Positions 1-12,839 of a DNA stretch of 64,000 nt are shown in pieces. The notes under the pieces were generated by a model that ran no database searches, was not told where the DNA came from, and saw only the letters and a program-made list of their open reading frames with translations. Source of the stretch: Massalongia carnosa (taxonomy: Eukaryota); the NCBI GenBank assembly GCA_965645245.1, contig OZ287082.1, forward strand, positions 1,426,001 to 1,490,000. The letters are read 5' to 3'. Every line of letters begins with the position of its first letter. The first letter of the stretch is position 1. A program made the translations under genes and the position numbers.

Positions 1-1825
1 TTAGTCGTTGATGTGATACCGTATCGAACGCGCCGGCGACGTCCATGCTTAGCAGTGTGGCTACTTTGTCTTTTCCCTGTCCCCAAATCGTGTGAACCTG
101 TTCAGTTAGCAGTTCCAGTGCTGACTCTGTGGATCTGCCCTTCCTTGCTCCCATCTGTGTATCGGGTAGGAGCCGGTGTTTTTCCGCCAGATAGGTTATT
201 TTCGATCCAATGATGGATTCCATAACTTTACTGAGCGTATTGAGCAGTGCAATTGGTCGATAGGCTTTCGGCGTGGTATAGTCTCCTTTGCCTATTTTTT
301 TCAGCGCTATTGTGTTTGCCATTTTGAAGGCCCGCGGGTGGTACGAGTGTGTGACGCACGCCTGAAACAGAGGTGTTAGTAGTTCGACAAGTATTCCGCT
401 GCATGCTTTGAGTATTCTGTTAGATATGCCGTCTGGGCCCGGTGCCTTATCGGACTTGAGCCGACTCAGGGCCGTCGATACTTCTGACTTGGTGATGATT
501 ATTGGGCAGTGCGGCGATGTAGGATAGAAGGATCCTTCTATGTCGCTTAGGTCGGCCGGTGGTGGTGCGGGAAAGAAGACACCTTTCAGCATTTCGGCTT
601 TTTGGTCAAACGTGTCTGCTACTTGGTCATTGAATTTTAGCATCGGCATTTGGGATACTTCTCTAGATTGATGACTTTTGTCTTTGGCCCATTTCGCTAG
701 CCGCCATAGTCCCTGAGGCGTTTCGGTGGCCTTATTGATTTCTTGACGAAAGTTTGTTCTCTTTGCCTTTTGAATGATTTTCTGTTTTTTATCATTGGAT
801 TTCATATAGTTAGACCAGTCCGTTAGGTCTAACGTGCTGGACCATATGCGGCGTAGTTTCCGTGTGGCTTTGGTGGCAATGCTGCATTCTTCTGTCCAGA
901 ATGGCTTAGCATATTCGCTAGATTTTGCCCATGGAACTGCTTCGTTGATGACATTTTGTAGAAATTTTTGAATCGATTCCGTGTACGCATCAATCTCGGC
1001 AGTGGTACGGGGAGACTCCGGTATAGGGGCGTGTCGTTCGGCCTCCCTTAATTTTTCCAGGTTTAGAAGTTTCCATGCTCTGGGTTTGATTTTCGGTTGC
1101 GGCTCGCTTCCGAGTAGGATGCCGGTTGATATCGGCACGTGATCGGACGATTGATTCAATTCTGGTCTGGACATGCAGTGTTCGAGTCTTTCGACTAGGT
1201 ATTCTGACATGAAAACCAAATATATCGTGCTAGACGTGTTTCTTGCTTCCCATGGTACGGTGCCTTTCGGCAGTGTCAACGAAAGATTATGATCATCGAT
1301 TATTTCCAGTAATTGATCAGCAGCAGCGTGTTGTGTGGGTCTTGAGGGACCATTCCAAAAGGGATGATGCAGGTTGAAATCTCCAAGTAGTATGTGATGC
1401 GCATCGGCGCTAAGCATGCTCCGAGCCGCCGGTAAGGTCGTGGGACTGTCAGTGGATGAATAGGAAGCGAGAGAGGGGTTATACACATTATGGACGTGAA
1501 TTGTTTCCATAACGCCTTCGGTGTAGGTCTTTATTTTCAAAGTGCACATGTCGGCCGAGGTGAATTCCACCTCCCAGCTGTCAGTGTCTATTAGGTCGTT
1601 GACATAAAAGCACACTCTGGTGTCACCTCCTGGGCGGTATAGGAGGTGAAAGCCGCTTTGATGAGAACTAAGCGATGTGGGGGCGGATGGATTGCGCCAC
1701 GGTTCCTGTATTGCAATAATATCATAGTCCTGGGTGTTTGTGTCTGCTAAGAGGGGTATCATAGTACTCACTCTGTCATTTCTGACATTATACTGCAATA
1801 TAGAGAGGGGTTTTGTATCCCTCAT
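1..1825 (-). CDS. LINE (Tad1-like) ORF2, APE endonuclease + start of reverse transcriptase; runs off window edge
   Basis: ATG at 1825 overlaps the ORF1 stop (ATGA). Translation begins MRDTKPLSILQYNVRND...DIIAIQEPW...LLGDFNLHHP...SDH (APE motifs) and is in the same frame as LLSMDVAGAFDTVSH at the edge. Homologous to 16756-20114. Confidence 0.9.
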   Translation of the reverse strand, partial: MRDTKPLSILQYNVRNDRVSTMIPLLADTNTQDYDIIAIQEPWRNPSAPTSLSSHQSGFHLLYRPGGDTRVCFYVNDLIDTDSWEVEFTSADMCTLKIKTYTEGVMETIHVHNVYNPSLASYSSTDSPTTLPAARSMLSADAHHILLGDFNLHHPFWNGPSRPTQHAAADQLLEIIDDHNLSLTLPKGTVPWEARNTSSTIYLVFMSEYLVERLEHCMSRPELNQSSDHVPISTGILLGSEPQPKIKPRAWKLLNLEKLREAERHAPIPESPRTTAEIDAYTESIQKFLQNVINEAVPWAKSSEYAKPFWTEECSIATKATRKLRRIWSSTLDLTDWSNYMKSNDKKQKIIQKAKRTNFRQEINKATETPQGLWRLAKWAKDKSHQSREVSQMPMLKFNDQVADTFDQKAEMLKGVFFPAPPPADLSDIEGSFYPTSPHCPIIITKSEVSTALSRLKSDKAPGPDGISNRILKACSGILVELLTPLFQACVTHSYHPRAFKMANTIALKKIGKGDYTTPKAYRPIALLNTLSKVMESIIGSKITYLAEKHRLLPDTQMGARKGRSTESALELLTEQVHTIWGQGKDKVATLLSMDVAGAFDTVSHQRL

Positions 1826-3309
1826 AGGATTTCCATCGTTTCGGCCGCTGTGTTCGATGTGACCTGAGTTCCTGCCGTTAATGCTACGGAATCTGCACGA
1901 GGCCTACCCAGCACTGGTTTTGCTAAGGCCTTTACCATATTTTCAGGATTCATGATGCCTATATTAGCCCAGGTAGGTGCGTCGTCTCCCTGATGAGGGC
2001 CCGGGGGTGTGCCGGATGAGGGCGTAGCGTTGTGTATTTTTCTTTTCTTGCCGTTTACTATCTTCCACGTTGACGGAATTTCGTCCGTTTGTGTGACTGT
2101 GGGTGTCGACTCTCGTTGAAGTTGAAATTGAAATGAGGGCGGCTGTGATTCGATTGCATAGAGGGGGGCGCGGTTTTGCATTGCTATTTCAGTTTTTCGC
2201 TTTTCAGCTAATCTGACTTTGCATGCTGTGGACCATGCTTCGTGTCCCTTCTCTCCGCATACGGCGCAACGGCGGTATTGCCCCGTTGTCTCCAGATTGC
2301 ATTCTTTGCTTTGATGTCCACCGGCGCAGTGACCACAGGCGGCGGGATTGCGGCATGCTCTACCGATGTGTCCGTATTTTTGGCAGTTGAAGCATTGAGT
2401 CATGGTGCAACCACGTGTGAAGCGCTCGCAGTCCTTTATTTCGTAGCTTTCCATTAGGCCCTCGGTGATGAGCCGGTTAGCCATCTCGGCGGTGGCGACC
2501 TCTATATGAAGCGTCGAGTACGCTTTTTTCTCTCTAATGGCCTTGATTGACCAGGCTACTCTGACGATCTTCAGGTTAGGGTGCAGGCGTGCGTTAGCGG
2601 CCTGAAGGTAGGTGATGGCTGTTGATTGATTGGCCACTTTGATGTTTTCCACCCTGATTCCATTCGCTCTTACGGTGAAGGTGCGGGTGTGCACCGCAGC
2701 TGAGGCGGCCACCATGCGGGTCCAATCGGTCTTCTCCTGCAGGGTCTTCTTTGCTTCCAATGACTCTGCGTGAATCCTGATGTCGCCGTTTAACAAACGC
2801 GACACTCCCCTTATTCCTTCAGCTCCATTTTGTAGTGTTTCTACTAACTCCTTGGTTGGCATTAGCTTCATTTTTTCCTTGTCCGCATCCTCCGTGATGT
2901 GAACGGTGATTTCCCGGGCACGTCGCGCTTCTCTTGGTGTGGGTGCTTTGTCTTTGCGGGCCTGTTGAGGCTTGACGTTTTGGTTCTTTGGGGGTGCGGG
3001 CTCATCTCGGCCTTGCCTTGTGGCAGCAGCGGCATAGCTGCGAGGAGTGGTCTCATTGCGCTCTATGCGTGTCAATGATTGTTGGATTGCCTGTAATGTG
3101 TCACCTATGTTGTTGGGAGTTTCTGCAACTTTGTCATCGACTAGATTTTGCGCTTGCAAAATTTCCGCTGAGTTTCTCAGCAACTGCAACGCCTCCGGGT
3201 CACCAACGGTTCCCACTCGATCAAGATACTCCTTGATCTTTACGTGTAAACATTCCCTCCTTTCGCTGTGCGCTCTCGAGAGCGCGTTTGTTTGTTCGAG
3301 TGTAGTCAT
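1822..3309 (-). CDS. LINE ORF1 gag-like protein with CCHC zinc knuckles
   Basis: 495-aa ORF with CFNCQKYGHIGRAC, CGHCAGGHQSKEC and CAVCGEKGHEAWSTAC knuckles, directly upstream of an APE-RT ORF2. Confidence 0.9.
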   Translation of the reverse strand: MTTLEQTNALSRAHSERRECLHVKIKEYLDRVGTVGDPEALQLLRNSAEILQAQNLVDDKVAETPNNIGDTLQAIQQSLTRIERNETTPRSYAAAATRQGRDEPAPPKNQNVKPQQARKDKAPTPREARRAREITVHITEDADKEKMKLMPTKELVETLQNGAEGIRGVSRLLNGDIRIHAESLEAKKTLQEKTDWTRMVAASAAVHTRTFTVRANGIRVENIKVANQSTAITYLQAANARLHPNLKIVRVAWSIKAIREKKAYSTLHIEVATAEMANRLITEGLMESYEIKDCERFTRGCTMTQCFNCQKYGHIGRACRNPAACGHCAGGHQSKECNLETTGQYRRCAVCGEKGHEAWSTACKVRLAEKRKTEIAMQNRAPLYAIESQPPSFQFQLQRESTPTVTQTDEIPSTWKIVNGKKRKIHNATPSSGTPPGPHQGDDAPTWANIGIMNPENMVKALAKPVLGRPRADSVALTAGTQVTSNTAAETMEIL

Positions 3310-3729
3310 TTTCGCGACAAGTTTATGATCGTAATTGAAACGATGAGACTAAGTCTTTCCTCTATACGCCCAGCACCATATATGATGTGCAGTTGATATC
3401 TATCTATGGTATGATTAATAACAGCTAACGGTCGTAGGTTGCCCTATGTTCGTTTAATTAATCGTTAAAATAATTGAATTACGGAAGCGATTAATTCGTC
3501 GGCAGATATCGTAGTTTTCTTTGATTAATCTTGGATGAATGTTGTTGAACCGTGACAATTTATTGTACAAATCTTTTGGAAAACTTTTATCGATTAAAAT
3601 CAATCAAGTGTAATGATTTTTATGAAGCTTGAACTTAAAAAAAAATTAAGTGTTATAAAATGATTGAATATTTATCAATTATTCATCTAGTTTTTTAAAT
3701 CAATCGTATTTTCTAAAGTAAAGCATTAA

Positions 3730-4756
3730 TGTAATACGGATGGCGCTAGAAGGATACGTGATCGCCTACGGCGGTTGCAGGATTAACTAGCATGAGCCAG
3801 GCCGTAGTACTGAGTCGCACAGCCGTCGAGGTTGACACGACGCCACCTTGCTACACAACTCCGAATTAGTTGTTACTACGTTCTAGACTGCTTACAGATC
3901 AAACACCTGTCGAGGCCGTGGTGGTAGATTGCCATGGAGTAAGGCGAACTCCTGTGGAGAAGCCGTGAACTCTATATGGAATCTACTGGCCTACTCGGTG
4001 CTACTCGATCTCTTGATGGACCAAGAGTTGTAGCAGGAGGCACGGCTAGCTGGACGCAGCTTGAGCTCGGCCTCCCCGGTGTAAACTTCAGCTTCAACCT
4101 TTATTGCTACGTTGGTAGTGATGTCGGCTGAATCAACCTACATGACCTTGTGGTCTAGACCTTGTGTCTAGAGGCAGGTCCGCAGTGTAGATAGAGATTC
4201 AGTCGGAGGTGACCTTCCACCGCTACGTTGGTAGTGGTGACGGCGAAATGAAGCTACATAGCCTCGGCGTCTAGACTTTATGTTTAGAGGCAGGCTAGCA
4301 ATGTAGTGAGGGATCTAGCCGGAGGTAGAAGTCTTCTACCTTGCAAGGGAAGGTCTAGAAGGCTGCTCGAGGCTGACTAGATGATCCAGCGAACGCCGAG
4401 TTCGTAGATAGATCCTGAGGGATGGTTAGATGTAAGGCGATAAGGTCAGAAGTGGGTTGCAAGGCTCCTAAGGTTCCAAGGCTCCCAAGGCTATAGGCTT
4501 GGGGTGAGTAGGATAAATACCAGAACGAATCCTGTAGTATTCGTTAGCAATAAGTCTTTATTCTATGAACAACCTACGTTTGGGTCTCGGACGAGATCTC
4601 TTGGTCTAAGCACTTCCACATCCATTAGTTCTTTGGATCACATATACTATCGGAGACCAGCACGTAGTAGCTATCTTCCACCTCTCACGCTGAGCATTTC
4701 CCCTTTCGAGATCAGTGATGCTCGTGATTAGCTTACTAGTCTCGTAGCCCATTACA
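3730..4756. mobile_element. Solo LTR (~1.03 kb)
   Basis: Ends TGTAAT...ATTACA, flanked by 5-bp direct repeat ATTAA (3725-3729, 4757-4761). Internal ~116-bp imperfect duplication (4107-4328). No coding capacity. Confidence 0.75.
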
Positions 4757-4823
4757 ATTAATCGGTTTATTGATTTAAAAGTAATATAATTTAATTCGAT
4801 TCAGTTAAAACAATCATAAGTGT

Positions 4824-6337
4824 TGTTAAATTATCCTCCAACCCCTTTGCGGGTGTAGCGTAGCCTTGCGAGCCTTGGCGCGCTAGGCAGTATGTAATAG
4901 CCATGTAGACAGATCTCAATACAACACCCCTTCATGCAGTCTTCTCTTCTCCCTACCTGATATACCATTTAACTGGTTATGAGCCCGGGTTAGCATGAGG
5001 CTTCCCCTTGTAGGCATGGATAAAGGGAGATGTGTGCGTGTCCGCGGTCAGAGCGCGTGATTACTCTGAATTCCGGCAGCTTTTTACGGTCTCTTTTGGT
5101 AAGAGAGAATTAGCACTTCGGCAACTGATTACGAGTCTCTTGAGGGTCAAGAGACAAATCAGGTGAAAACGGCAGCTCGATACGTGTCTTTAGCGGAAGA
5201 CAAACAAGCCAAATCGGCGACGCTGAGAGGTCGCCAATCCAAATCTCCACTCGACAATCCAGCGACACAGTTGAACCTAACAACCGCCTTGTCGCTATTC
5301 AAACTCGATACAGTCCTCAAAAGGCTGCCTTTTCGAATTCAATTATCGATTGGTCTTTATGAAGGCCTCCGGATCGATTTCTTTTCTAAACGCCGGCTAC
5401 TGGCTTCTTAGTCACTACTACCGACGTCCCTTCATCAAACAGTCATAACCTCGTGGTTCACTCGTTTATTAACCCACCCACCACCCAATTGATCTCAATT
5501 CCTGACTTCTTTCCTTTTAATTACGACCTTCGCCTACACATTACCTCGATGTTCTTATTCCTCTCGGTTGCCGTTTCGCCGAATTCCGTGGGGGAGATAG
5601 GGGAATGGAAGGAGGTACCCGCAGGGTACCGAGGACAACCGACATGAGGGAGCAGGTATAGTGCCATTATGGAGGAAGGACACCATAAAGGAGATAGGAG
5701 AAGGCATCCGCAGGATGCCGAGGATACAACTCGAATGGGGGAGCAGATGCCCTGCCACCATGAAGGGAATACAACCCGAATGGGGGAGCAGATGTCCTGC
5801 CACCATGAGGGGAGTATAACCCGAATGGGGGAGCAGATGCCCTGCCACCATGAAGGCAGTACAACCCGAACGAGGGAGCAGATGCCTTGCCACCATGAAG
5901 GAAGTACAACCCGAATGGAGGAGCTGTTGTCCTGCCGCCATAAGGGATGGGATGAAAGGTGCAAAGAGAGGACAACTCGCATGAGGGAGCACATCGCTTG
6001 CGATTGCCATCATGGAGGGAAGTGCAGGAAGAAACAACCGACTTCGCTAGCACCTGTTCTGTTGGCACGAGGGGATTTATCCTTTTTTTTCACATGAGAG
6101 AGTTATATTGTCTTTGATCTGTTGCTGTATTTTCATACTGCCTCCACCACGGCTCCACCGATAAGGGAGTTGATCGGTAAGGGGAGTGTTAAATTATCCT
6201 CCAACCCCTTTGGGGGTGTAGCGTAGCCCTGCGAGCCTTGGCGCGCTAGGCAGTATATAATAGCCATGTAGACAGATCTCAATAGAACACACCTTCATGC
6301 AGTCGTCTCTCCTCCCTACCTGATATACCATTTAACT
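4824..6337 (+). mobile_element. Small non-autonomous LTR retroelement (TRIM-like, Copia-type PBS)
   Basis: 151-bp direct repeats at 4824-4974 and 6187-6337; TSD AGTGT (4819-4823, 6338-6342). GGTTATGAGCCC follows the 5' LTR, purine tract AAGGGGAG precedes the 3' LTR. No gag/pol. Confidence 0.85.
5726..6020 (+). repeat. 45-bp minisatellite (~6 degenerate units) inside the small LTR element
   Basis: Unit ~ACAACCCGAATGGGGGAGCAGATGCCCTGCCACCATGAAGGGAAT; translates as TTRMGEQMPCHHEG(N/S) in ORF 5669-6097. Confidence 0.85.
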
Positions 6338-7434
6338 AGTGTCAATAATTTCATGGTAAGAATTTGAATGAAAAATGAATCATCGTTTGAATTGAGACTA
6401 GTTTTACTCGTCAATCATATACTCGTTTACGTTAAATTTTCTGTTTCTTTTCTCCTTGTCGATAGTCTTGTTTATCTAACTAGACAATCAAGTAATACTT
6501 TTGCACTACCTGAACTACCTACTCGACCTCGCACTGTGACAATTACGAATGACTTTCAGTGCTTTAATTAATTAATCTTGGAAACTGTAAATTTTTAGAC
6601 GAACGAAATCATGATTTCGGACCAGTCAAAACTTGTAGGTAATTAATGTCTATTGAGCCTCATTGTGGAGCTCTCCTGTACTATACTTACGCCGCGCAAC
6701 GGGTTGGATTGGTTAGGGAAATCCAACCCAAATGTGGCGAACCCTAGAGTATTGTTCGAACCAAACCCCGGTGGCAAATCGCTGTTTTTGCTCGAAAACC
6801 CAAACCGTTGTGCGGTGTAACTGTAAGTAATTAAATTGAATATTCCCAAGTAGCGGACCAGTTCTTGGTTGGCCAAAAATGCCTCAACTGTTTCATCTAC
6901 TGCCTGTCCTTACACTGCATGTATTACCACGTGCCTGCATATATCAAATTTCCGGTATGTGGTAGTCGATAAGCTAACGTCTTGTGCAAGGTTAGATTGC
7001 AAAAGTGCTCCATATTTATGCAGTCCTCTTACAGCGGCCGAAGAAGATGCACACAAGCCTTTGCAAACCAGCTTCATGCAGTACAGTACTGTCAATCTAA
7101 GCGAATCGATCGAGGCAAACGCTTTCTAAGTGTGACTTTTTGTTAAATAAACAGTTGACGGCATAATGTTGAAATTACTACGGAGGTGACTGCTTATAGC
7201 AGTCATGGCAGCCTGCAGGGCTGAGCTAGAACTAATGGGGCTAAGCGAGTATTCCAACACTTTTCACTTCAAGTCTCTCAATCATTGCCTAAACTTATCG
7301 AGATCTGCCATAATTTGTATACACTATGCTCGGAGTATTGTATAGCTTTGAAGATAACTGACTCAGATTACGCTGCCATTCTCTCAGGCGCAGGAGCTGT
7401 CTCTGACAAGACTGTTGACGAGGCTACATCAGTG

Positions 7435-10400
7435 ATGACAGATAACGATTTGCATATGGCTCCGGGACTGGTATACTCGAACTTGGACATGATAAATATT
7501 CAAACTAATGACCAGAACAAGGCATCTTCTACTGTACTATCAGAAGCTGCAGAGGTGCTAACTACTAAAGTGCTTACCCAAGAACCCGATGCATGCTCCA
7601 TTCCGGAGGTCTCGAAAGAGGCGGACGCTGTCAGCCATATTAACACAAAGGGAAAAGCTGCCAGCACTTCGGACAACGAGAATGTGCAACCTGATCCTCA
7701 TTCTCCAAATTTCAGCTACGAGAAGTGGATCACAAATATGTTTCGAGATCCAACGAAATGCCGTAAGAGAGACAGCGGTGTTGCTTATCAGAACCTCAAC
7801 GTTTACGGGTTTGGCACCATAACTGATTATCAGAGAACTTTCGCAAATTACCCTTTAATGTACTTGAGTCATCTCGGTACATTAATTGGTCGTCAACGAA
7901 AGTCTCGGATAGACATTCTACGAGATTTTGAGGGTATAGTCAATAGCGGCGAAATGTTGTTGGTGCTTGGAAGACCAGGCAGCGGCTGCACAACGTTTTT
8001 GAAAGCATTGGCCGGGCAAACTCACGGGTTTTTCATTGATGAAAAATCGAAGATCAATTATCAAGGTAATCAGAGGACTAATCTTGCCTTTACTGATTAA
8101 TGACTATGTGACTGAATGGATACAGGCATTCCACGCGACGTCATGCAAAAGGAATTTCGTGGAGAATACACTTATCAAGCAGAATCCGACATTCATTTTC
8201 CACATTTGACTACCGCTCAAACACTGAGTGTTGCAGCGGAAGCCAGAGCACCGGCGAATGCTGTTGCTGAATCAAGTCGCAATGAGTATGCAAAGCAGAT
8301 AAGAGACGTTATAGTTGCAGCTTTGGGTTTGTCTCATACATTGGATACGAAGGTTGGGAACGATCTCGTACGGGGCATCAGCGGTGGAGAGCGCAAGAGA
8401 ACCAGCATCGCCGAGGTTCTAGTTGCTGGCAGTTCTCTTCAATGTTGGGACAATAGCACCCGAGGATTGGATAGCGCAAATGCTCTAGAATTTGTGAAAA
8501 CTCTTCGGCTGTCTACCAGAACAACTCGGTCGGTGGCCATTGTCACACTTTATCAAGCTTCTCAAGACATCTATAACACCTTTGACAACGTAGTGCTACT
8601 TTACGAAGGCCGTCAAATCTTCTTCGGCAGCACATCCATAGCAAAGACGTATTTCAGCGACCTCGGCTTCGTCTGTCCAAAACGTGCTGCAACGAGCGAT
8701 TTTTTGACTTCGCTGACGAATCCGGTAGAACGCATTATACGTGACGGATACGAATTCAAGGTCCCTCGTACTCCAGATGAATTTGCGCAGGTTTGGAGGG
8801 ATAGCCCCGAACGAGCAGAGCTTCTTGAGAGGATGAAGCTCTATGAAACACAATTTCCCATGGACCGAGAGCACCTAGAGAATCTGCGAATCATTCAAAA
8901 GAGCTACAAAGCACCGAACCAGCGTTGTCATTCTCCATACGCCATATCTTTCCAAGATCAGATCACTCTTTGTATTACTCGAGGCTTCCAAAGACTGGTA
9001 AATGACTTGCCTCCATCCATCTCATCAGTCGCTGGGAACGCTATTGTCTCAATTATTCTTGGCAGTATGTTCTACAACATGCCTGCAGACACCAGTAGCT
9101 TCTTCGGTCGTGGAGTCTTATTATTCTTCACTGTTTTGACCAACACATTCCTAGGTGCCTTTGAAGGCGTTCAGCTCTGGGACCATAGGCCCATCGTTGA
9201 AAAACATTTTCAATATGCATTCTACCATCCAACTGCGGAAGCAATTGCATCAATGATCTGTGATCTTCCGAACAAATTGCTTTTGACGACCTTCTTCAAT
9301 ATTCCGTTCTACTTTTTGGCGAATATGCGAAGAACTCCCGGTGCTTTCTTCACCTTCTACATTTTCTCATTTGTCAGCCTCCTCACAGGGTCCATGCTCT
9401 TTCGAGTAATTGGAGCCATCTCTCGAGGATTGACCGCATCCATAGCACCTGGAGCTATCTTCATATTATTGCTAATTATATACACTGGATTTGTTTTGCC
9501 AATCCCTTCCATGCATCCTTGGTTTCGATGGTTTGGCTATATTGATCCCATCGGCTACGCTTTCGAGAGTCTGATGGTCAATGAGTTTTCTGGTCGCCAG
9601 TTTCCCTGCAGCGTATTCGTACCACAAGGTCCGGGTTATCTGGATGTCAATCCTCGTGAGAGAATGTGTGCGGCCGTTGGAGCGGATCCCGAATCGATTA
9701 TGGTGAATGGAGATGCCTACCTTGCGACTAGCTTTCAATATTACCCAGAGCACCTCTGGAGAAATCTGGGTATCATCTTTATTCTTATGGGTTTTCTTTG
9801 TGGTCTTTATCTGTATGCCACTGAATATGTTGTGACTTTGCGCTCAAAGGGCGAAGTGCTTATCTTCCGCCGAGGCCATGAGCCTAGGCTAAAATTCAGA
9901 GAGGATGAGGAGTCTTCAAATCTACATAAAAACCCGGTTTCTTATGCAGATACCAGAGAAAAGGGCTCAAAAATCAGTGGAGAGTTGAGCTGCATAGATA
10001 TACATGCGGCAACGTTTCTTTGGGATAGACTTTGCTATAAAGTGAAAGTGAAAGGCGGCTATCGGAATCTGCTCAATGATGTCGAAGGTTGGATCAAGCC
10101 AGGAACTTTGACTGCTTTGATGGGTGCATCTGGGGCAGGTAAAACCACGCTTCTCAATATCCTTGCCAATCGAGTGTCGACTGGTCTAATAGCCGGAGAG
10201 AAACTGGTCGACGTAAAGTACCAAAATGAAGGTTTCGCACGTAAAGTCGGGTATGCTCAACAACAGGATGTACATCTTGCGACTACAACAGTTCGAGAGA
10301 CTCTTACATTCAGTGCTCGTTTGCGACAATCAGAAAAGTATACAGACGCCGAGAAATTGGCTTATGTTGATCATGTGATCGATATTCTTGATATGAAAAA

Positions 10401-12042
10401 GTTTGCTGACGCTGTGATCGGAGTTCCCGGAGAAGGCTTGAATGTCGAACAAAGAAAACGTGTTACTATTGGCGTCGAGCTTGCTGCAAGACCAGAGTTA
10501 TTGTTATTTCTGGATGAGCCTACCTCTGGCCTTGATAGCAATACCGCTTGGGCAATCTGCACCCTGTTGCGCAAGCTGGCCGACAATGGACAGGCCATTT
10601 TGTGTACAATTCATCAACCTTCAGGAATATTGTTTGAAATGTTCGACAAGCTCTCGTTTCTTGCCAATGGAAAGTCAATCTACTTTGGTGAAATCGGCTT
10701 GAACTCTCGCATTCTTACTAGTTACTTTGAAAACCACGGAGCTAGGAAGTGCAGGTTGGAAGAGAACCCTGCAGAGTGGCTTTTGGATGTTTCGGGAAGT
10801 GCGCCAGGGTCTAAAAATCGAATTGACTGGGCAGAAGTGTGGCGCCTCTCCGAAGAGAGGCAAGGTGTCAAAAGTGCTCTTAAAAGTATGAAGAAAAATT
10901 TATCGAAGCCAGTGGCAAAAGCCGAAGAAGCTGCCTCGAGAGAGTTTGCTTCATCTTTTGGCTATCAACTCTACACAGTCACGAAGAGAAACCTTGAAAA
11001 TAATTGGCGAACGCCGTCTTATTTGTACACGAAGCTCGTTCTTACTCTTGGGACAGTTGGTATCTCCATATTCCCTCGTCGGACAGTTCTGACATCCCAT
11101 TCAGGGCCTTATCAATGGCTTCTCATTCTATCATTCTGAAAACAGCCTTCAAGGTGTTCGAAATCAGATTTTTTCTGTATTTCTTCTTTTTACCTTGCAC
11201 AGCAATCTGGTTCAGTTAATTATGCCTCATTTTCTTTACTCTCGGGAGATTTACGAAATATCCGAGCGCCCATCGCGTACTTATTCGTGGAAAGTGTTCG
11301 TCTTGTCCAACATTATCAGTGAAGTTCCGTGGCAAACTTTGCTGGCTGCGCTTTTGTTTGTAAGTTGGTATTATCCTTTGGGAATGTATCAAAACGCCCT
11401 CATGACCGATCAACTCAATGAACGGGGTGGCCTTATGTTCCTCATCATATGGTCTTTCATGCTTTTCTCCTCTACATTCTCTCAAATGCTCTCCACGGTC
11501 ATGCCGGATGCTGCGACCGGGGTCAACATCTCAGCATTGCTCTATTCACTCTCGCTCATCTTCTCCGGGTAAGTCAAGAGTTCGGCAGTTCTGATCGAGT
11601 GTTAATCATTGGTTCTTGTCACAGAGTGCTTGTCAGTCCTGCCGCTCTGCCAAGAGTCTGGATATTCATGTACCGGGTAACGCCATTGACGTATTTTATA
11701 AATGCCCTAGTGTCGACAGGTGTTGCGGGGGTGAATGTTGTGTGCGCTGCAAACGAAATCGTCAGATTCGATCCTCCTAGCGGACAGATTTGCAGCTTAT
11801 ACTTGAAAGAATATATGAGTCACGCGGGAGGAAGTTTACTAAATCCTAGCGCAACCCGACAATGTGAGTTCTGCTTGGCTGCCGATACAGACAGTGTTTT
11901 GGCTGCACTAGGGATTTACTTCGGAGACCGCTGGAGAAACTTTGAAATCTCGCTGATATACAGCGCTGTCAATGTTACCGGTGCATTGTGCTTATATTGG
12001 CTTTTCCGAGTCCCAAAGGGACTAGGTCGCCGGAATATCTAA
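7435..12042 (+). CDS. Full-size ABCG / pleiotropic drug resistance (PDR) transporter, 4 exons
   Basis: NBD1 Walker A GRPGSGCTT, signature ISGGERKRTSIAE, QCWDNSTRGLD. NBD2 GASGAGKTT, LNVEQRKRVTIGVEL, FLDEPTSGLDS. Two TM domains. Introns 8066-8125, 11056-11104 and 11569-11624 (GT..AG) join the ORFs in frame. Start codon approximate. Confidence 0.95.
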
Positions 12043-12839
12043 GCTCGTTAATGTAGCGCTGTTCGCCTCTACTCTGAACCCTTGCTTTCCTGTGCACTCC
12101 CCGACTCCCCCGTTCCTCCAACGAGCATGATGAAAGCTAAGCAACAAAGCGGCATCGTCCTAGCCTGAAGTCCGACTTACCGACCGTATGTGATGACGTT
12201 CAGTGGAATCAAGCTTGGGGAAAAGCATTCTTATAATATCGGATCAATCAAAGGTCCGCAGTCCAACGATTTTAGAGCGAAGGATATTCAAAGGACTTTC
12301 GATGTAGATGGCTTTTTTTCGCACTCATAGCCTGTAGGACGCCGTAGATGTAGGGCTACATGAATGAGAATTCCAAGGAGTAGGAAATACTGATAACGGT
12401 GGTGTTGGTGGCGAGTGATGCTGGATTCAAGATTCTAATAGCTTTCGTAATGAGATATTATTTTGGGGAGGTGTTTAACAATTAGAAAGCCAGAAGCTTT
12501 GCAGAATTGAGGTTGTATCCTCAAGGTAGGCTGTGTCTTGCGGACAGGGCGCCAAATTGAAAAATTAGCTTACTATCGGGAGGAAAGCAACCGCTAAACA
12601 GAGCTTTAGTTAGAGCATCATAGCAGCAGCGCATCACCACTAAAGACCTCTCTCCCTATCCACTGCTCTCTCTGCGTTCGCCGCAAGTAATGCACATCTG
12701 CTCGAGAGGCTGATTTTTTTGCTCAGAGATTCTGATGGTCTGGAGCCAAAGCTGCAGCAGTGGTTATGCCACCTGCACGTCATTAAACAAGCCCCTTCTA
12801 CTAGGAACCTACATTGCCACATGCAGACATTATAAATTA

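Noticed and set aside
3400..3729. AT-rich sequence (also 4757-4820, 6343-6640, 45736-46200) as a defined element
   Set aside because: Probably RIP-degraded TE debris, too decayed to classify by eye.
5521..6068. Three minus-strand repeat ORFs over the 45-bp minisatellite
   Set aside because: Open frames are expected from a stop-free unit divisible by three; there is no independent coding evidence.
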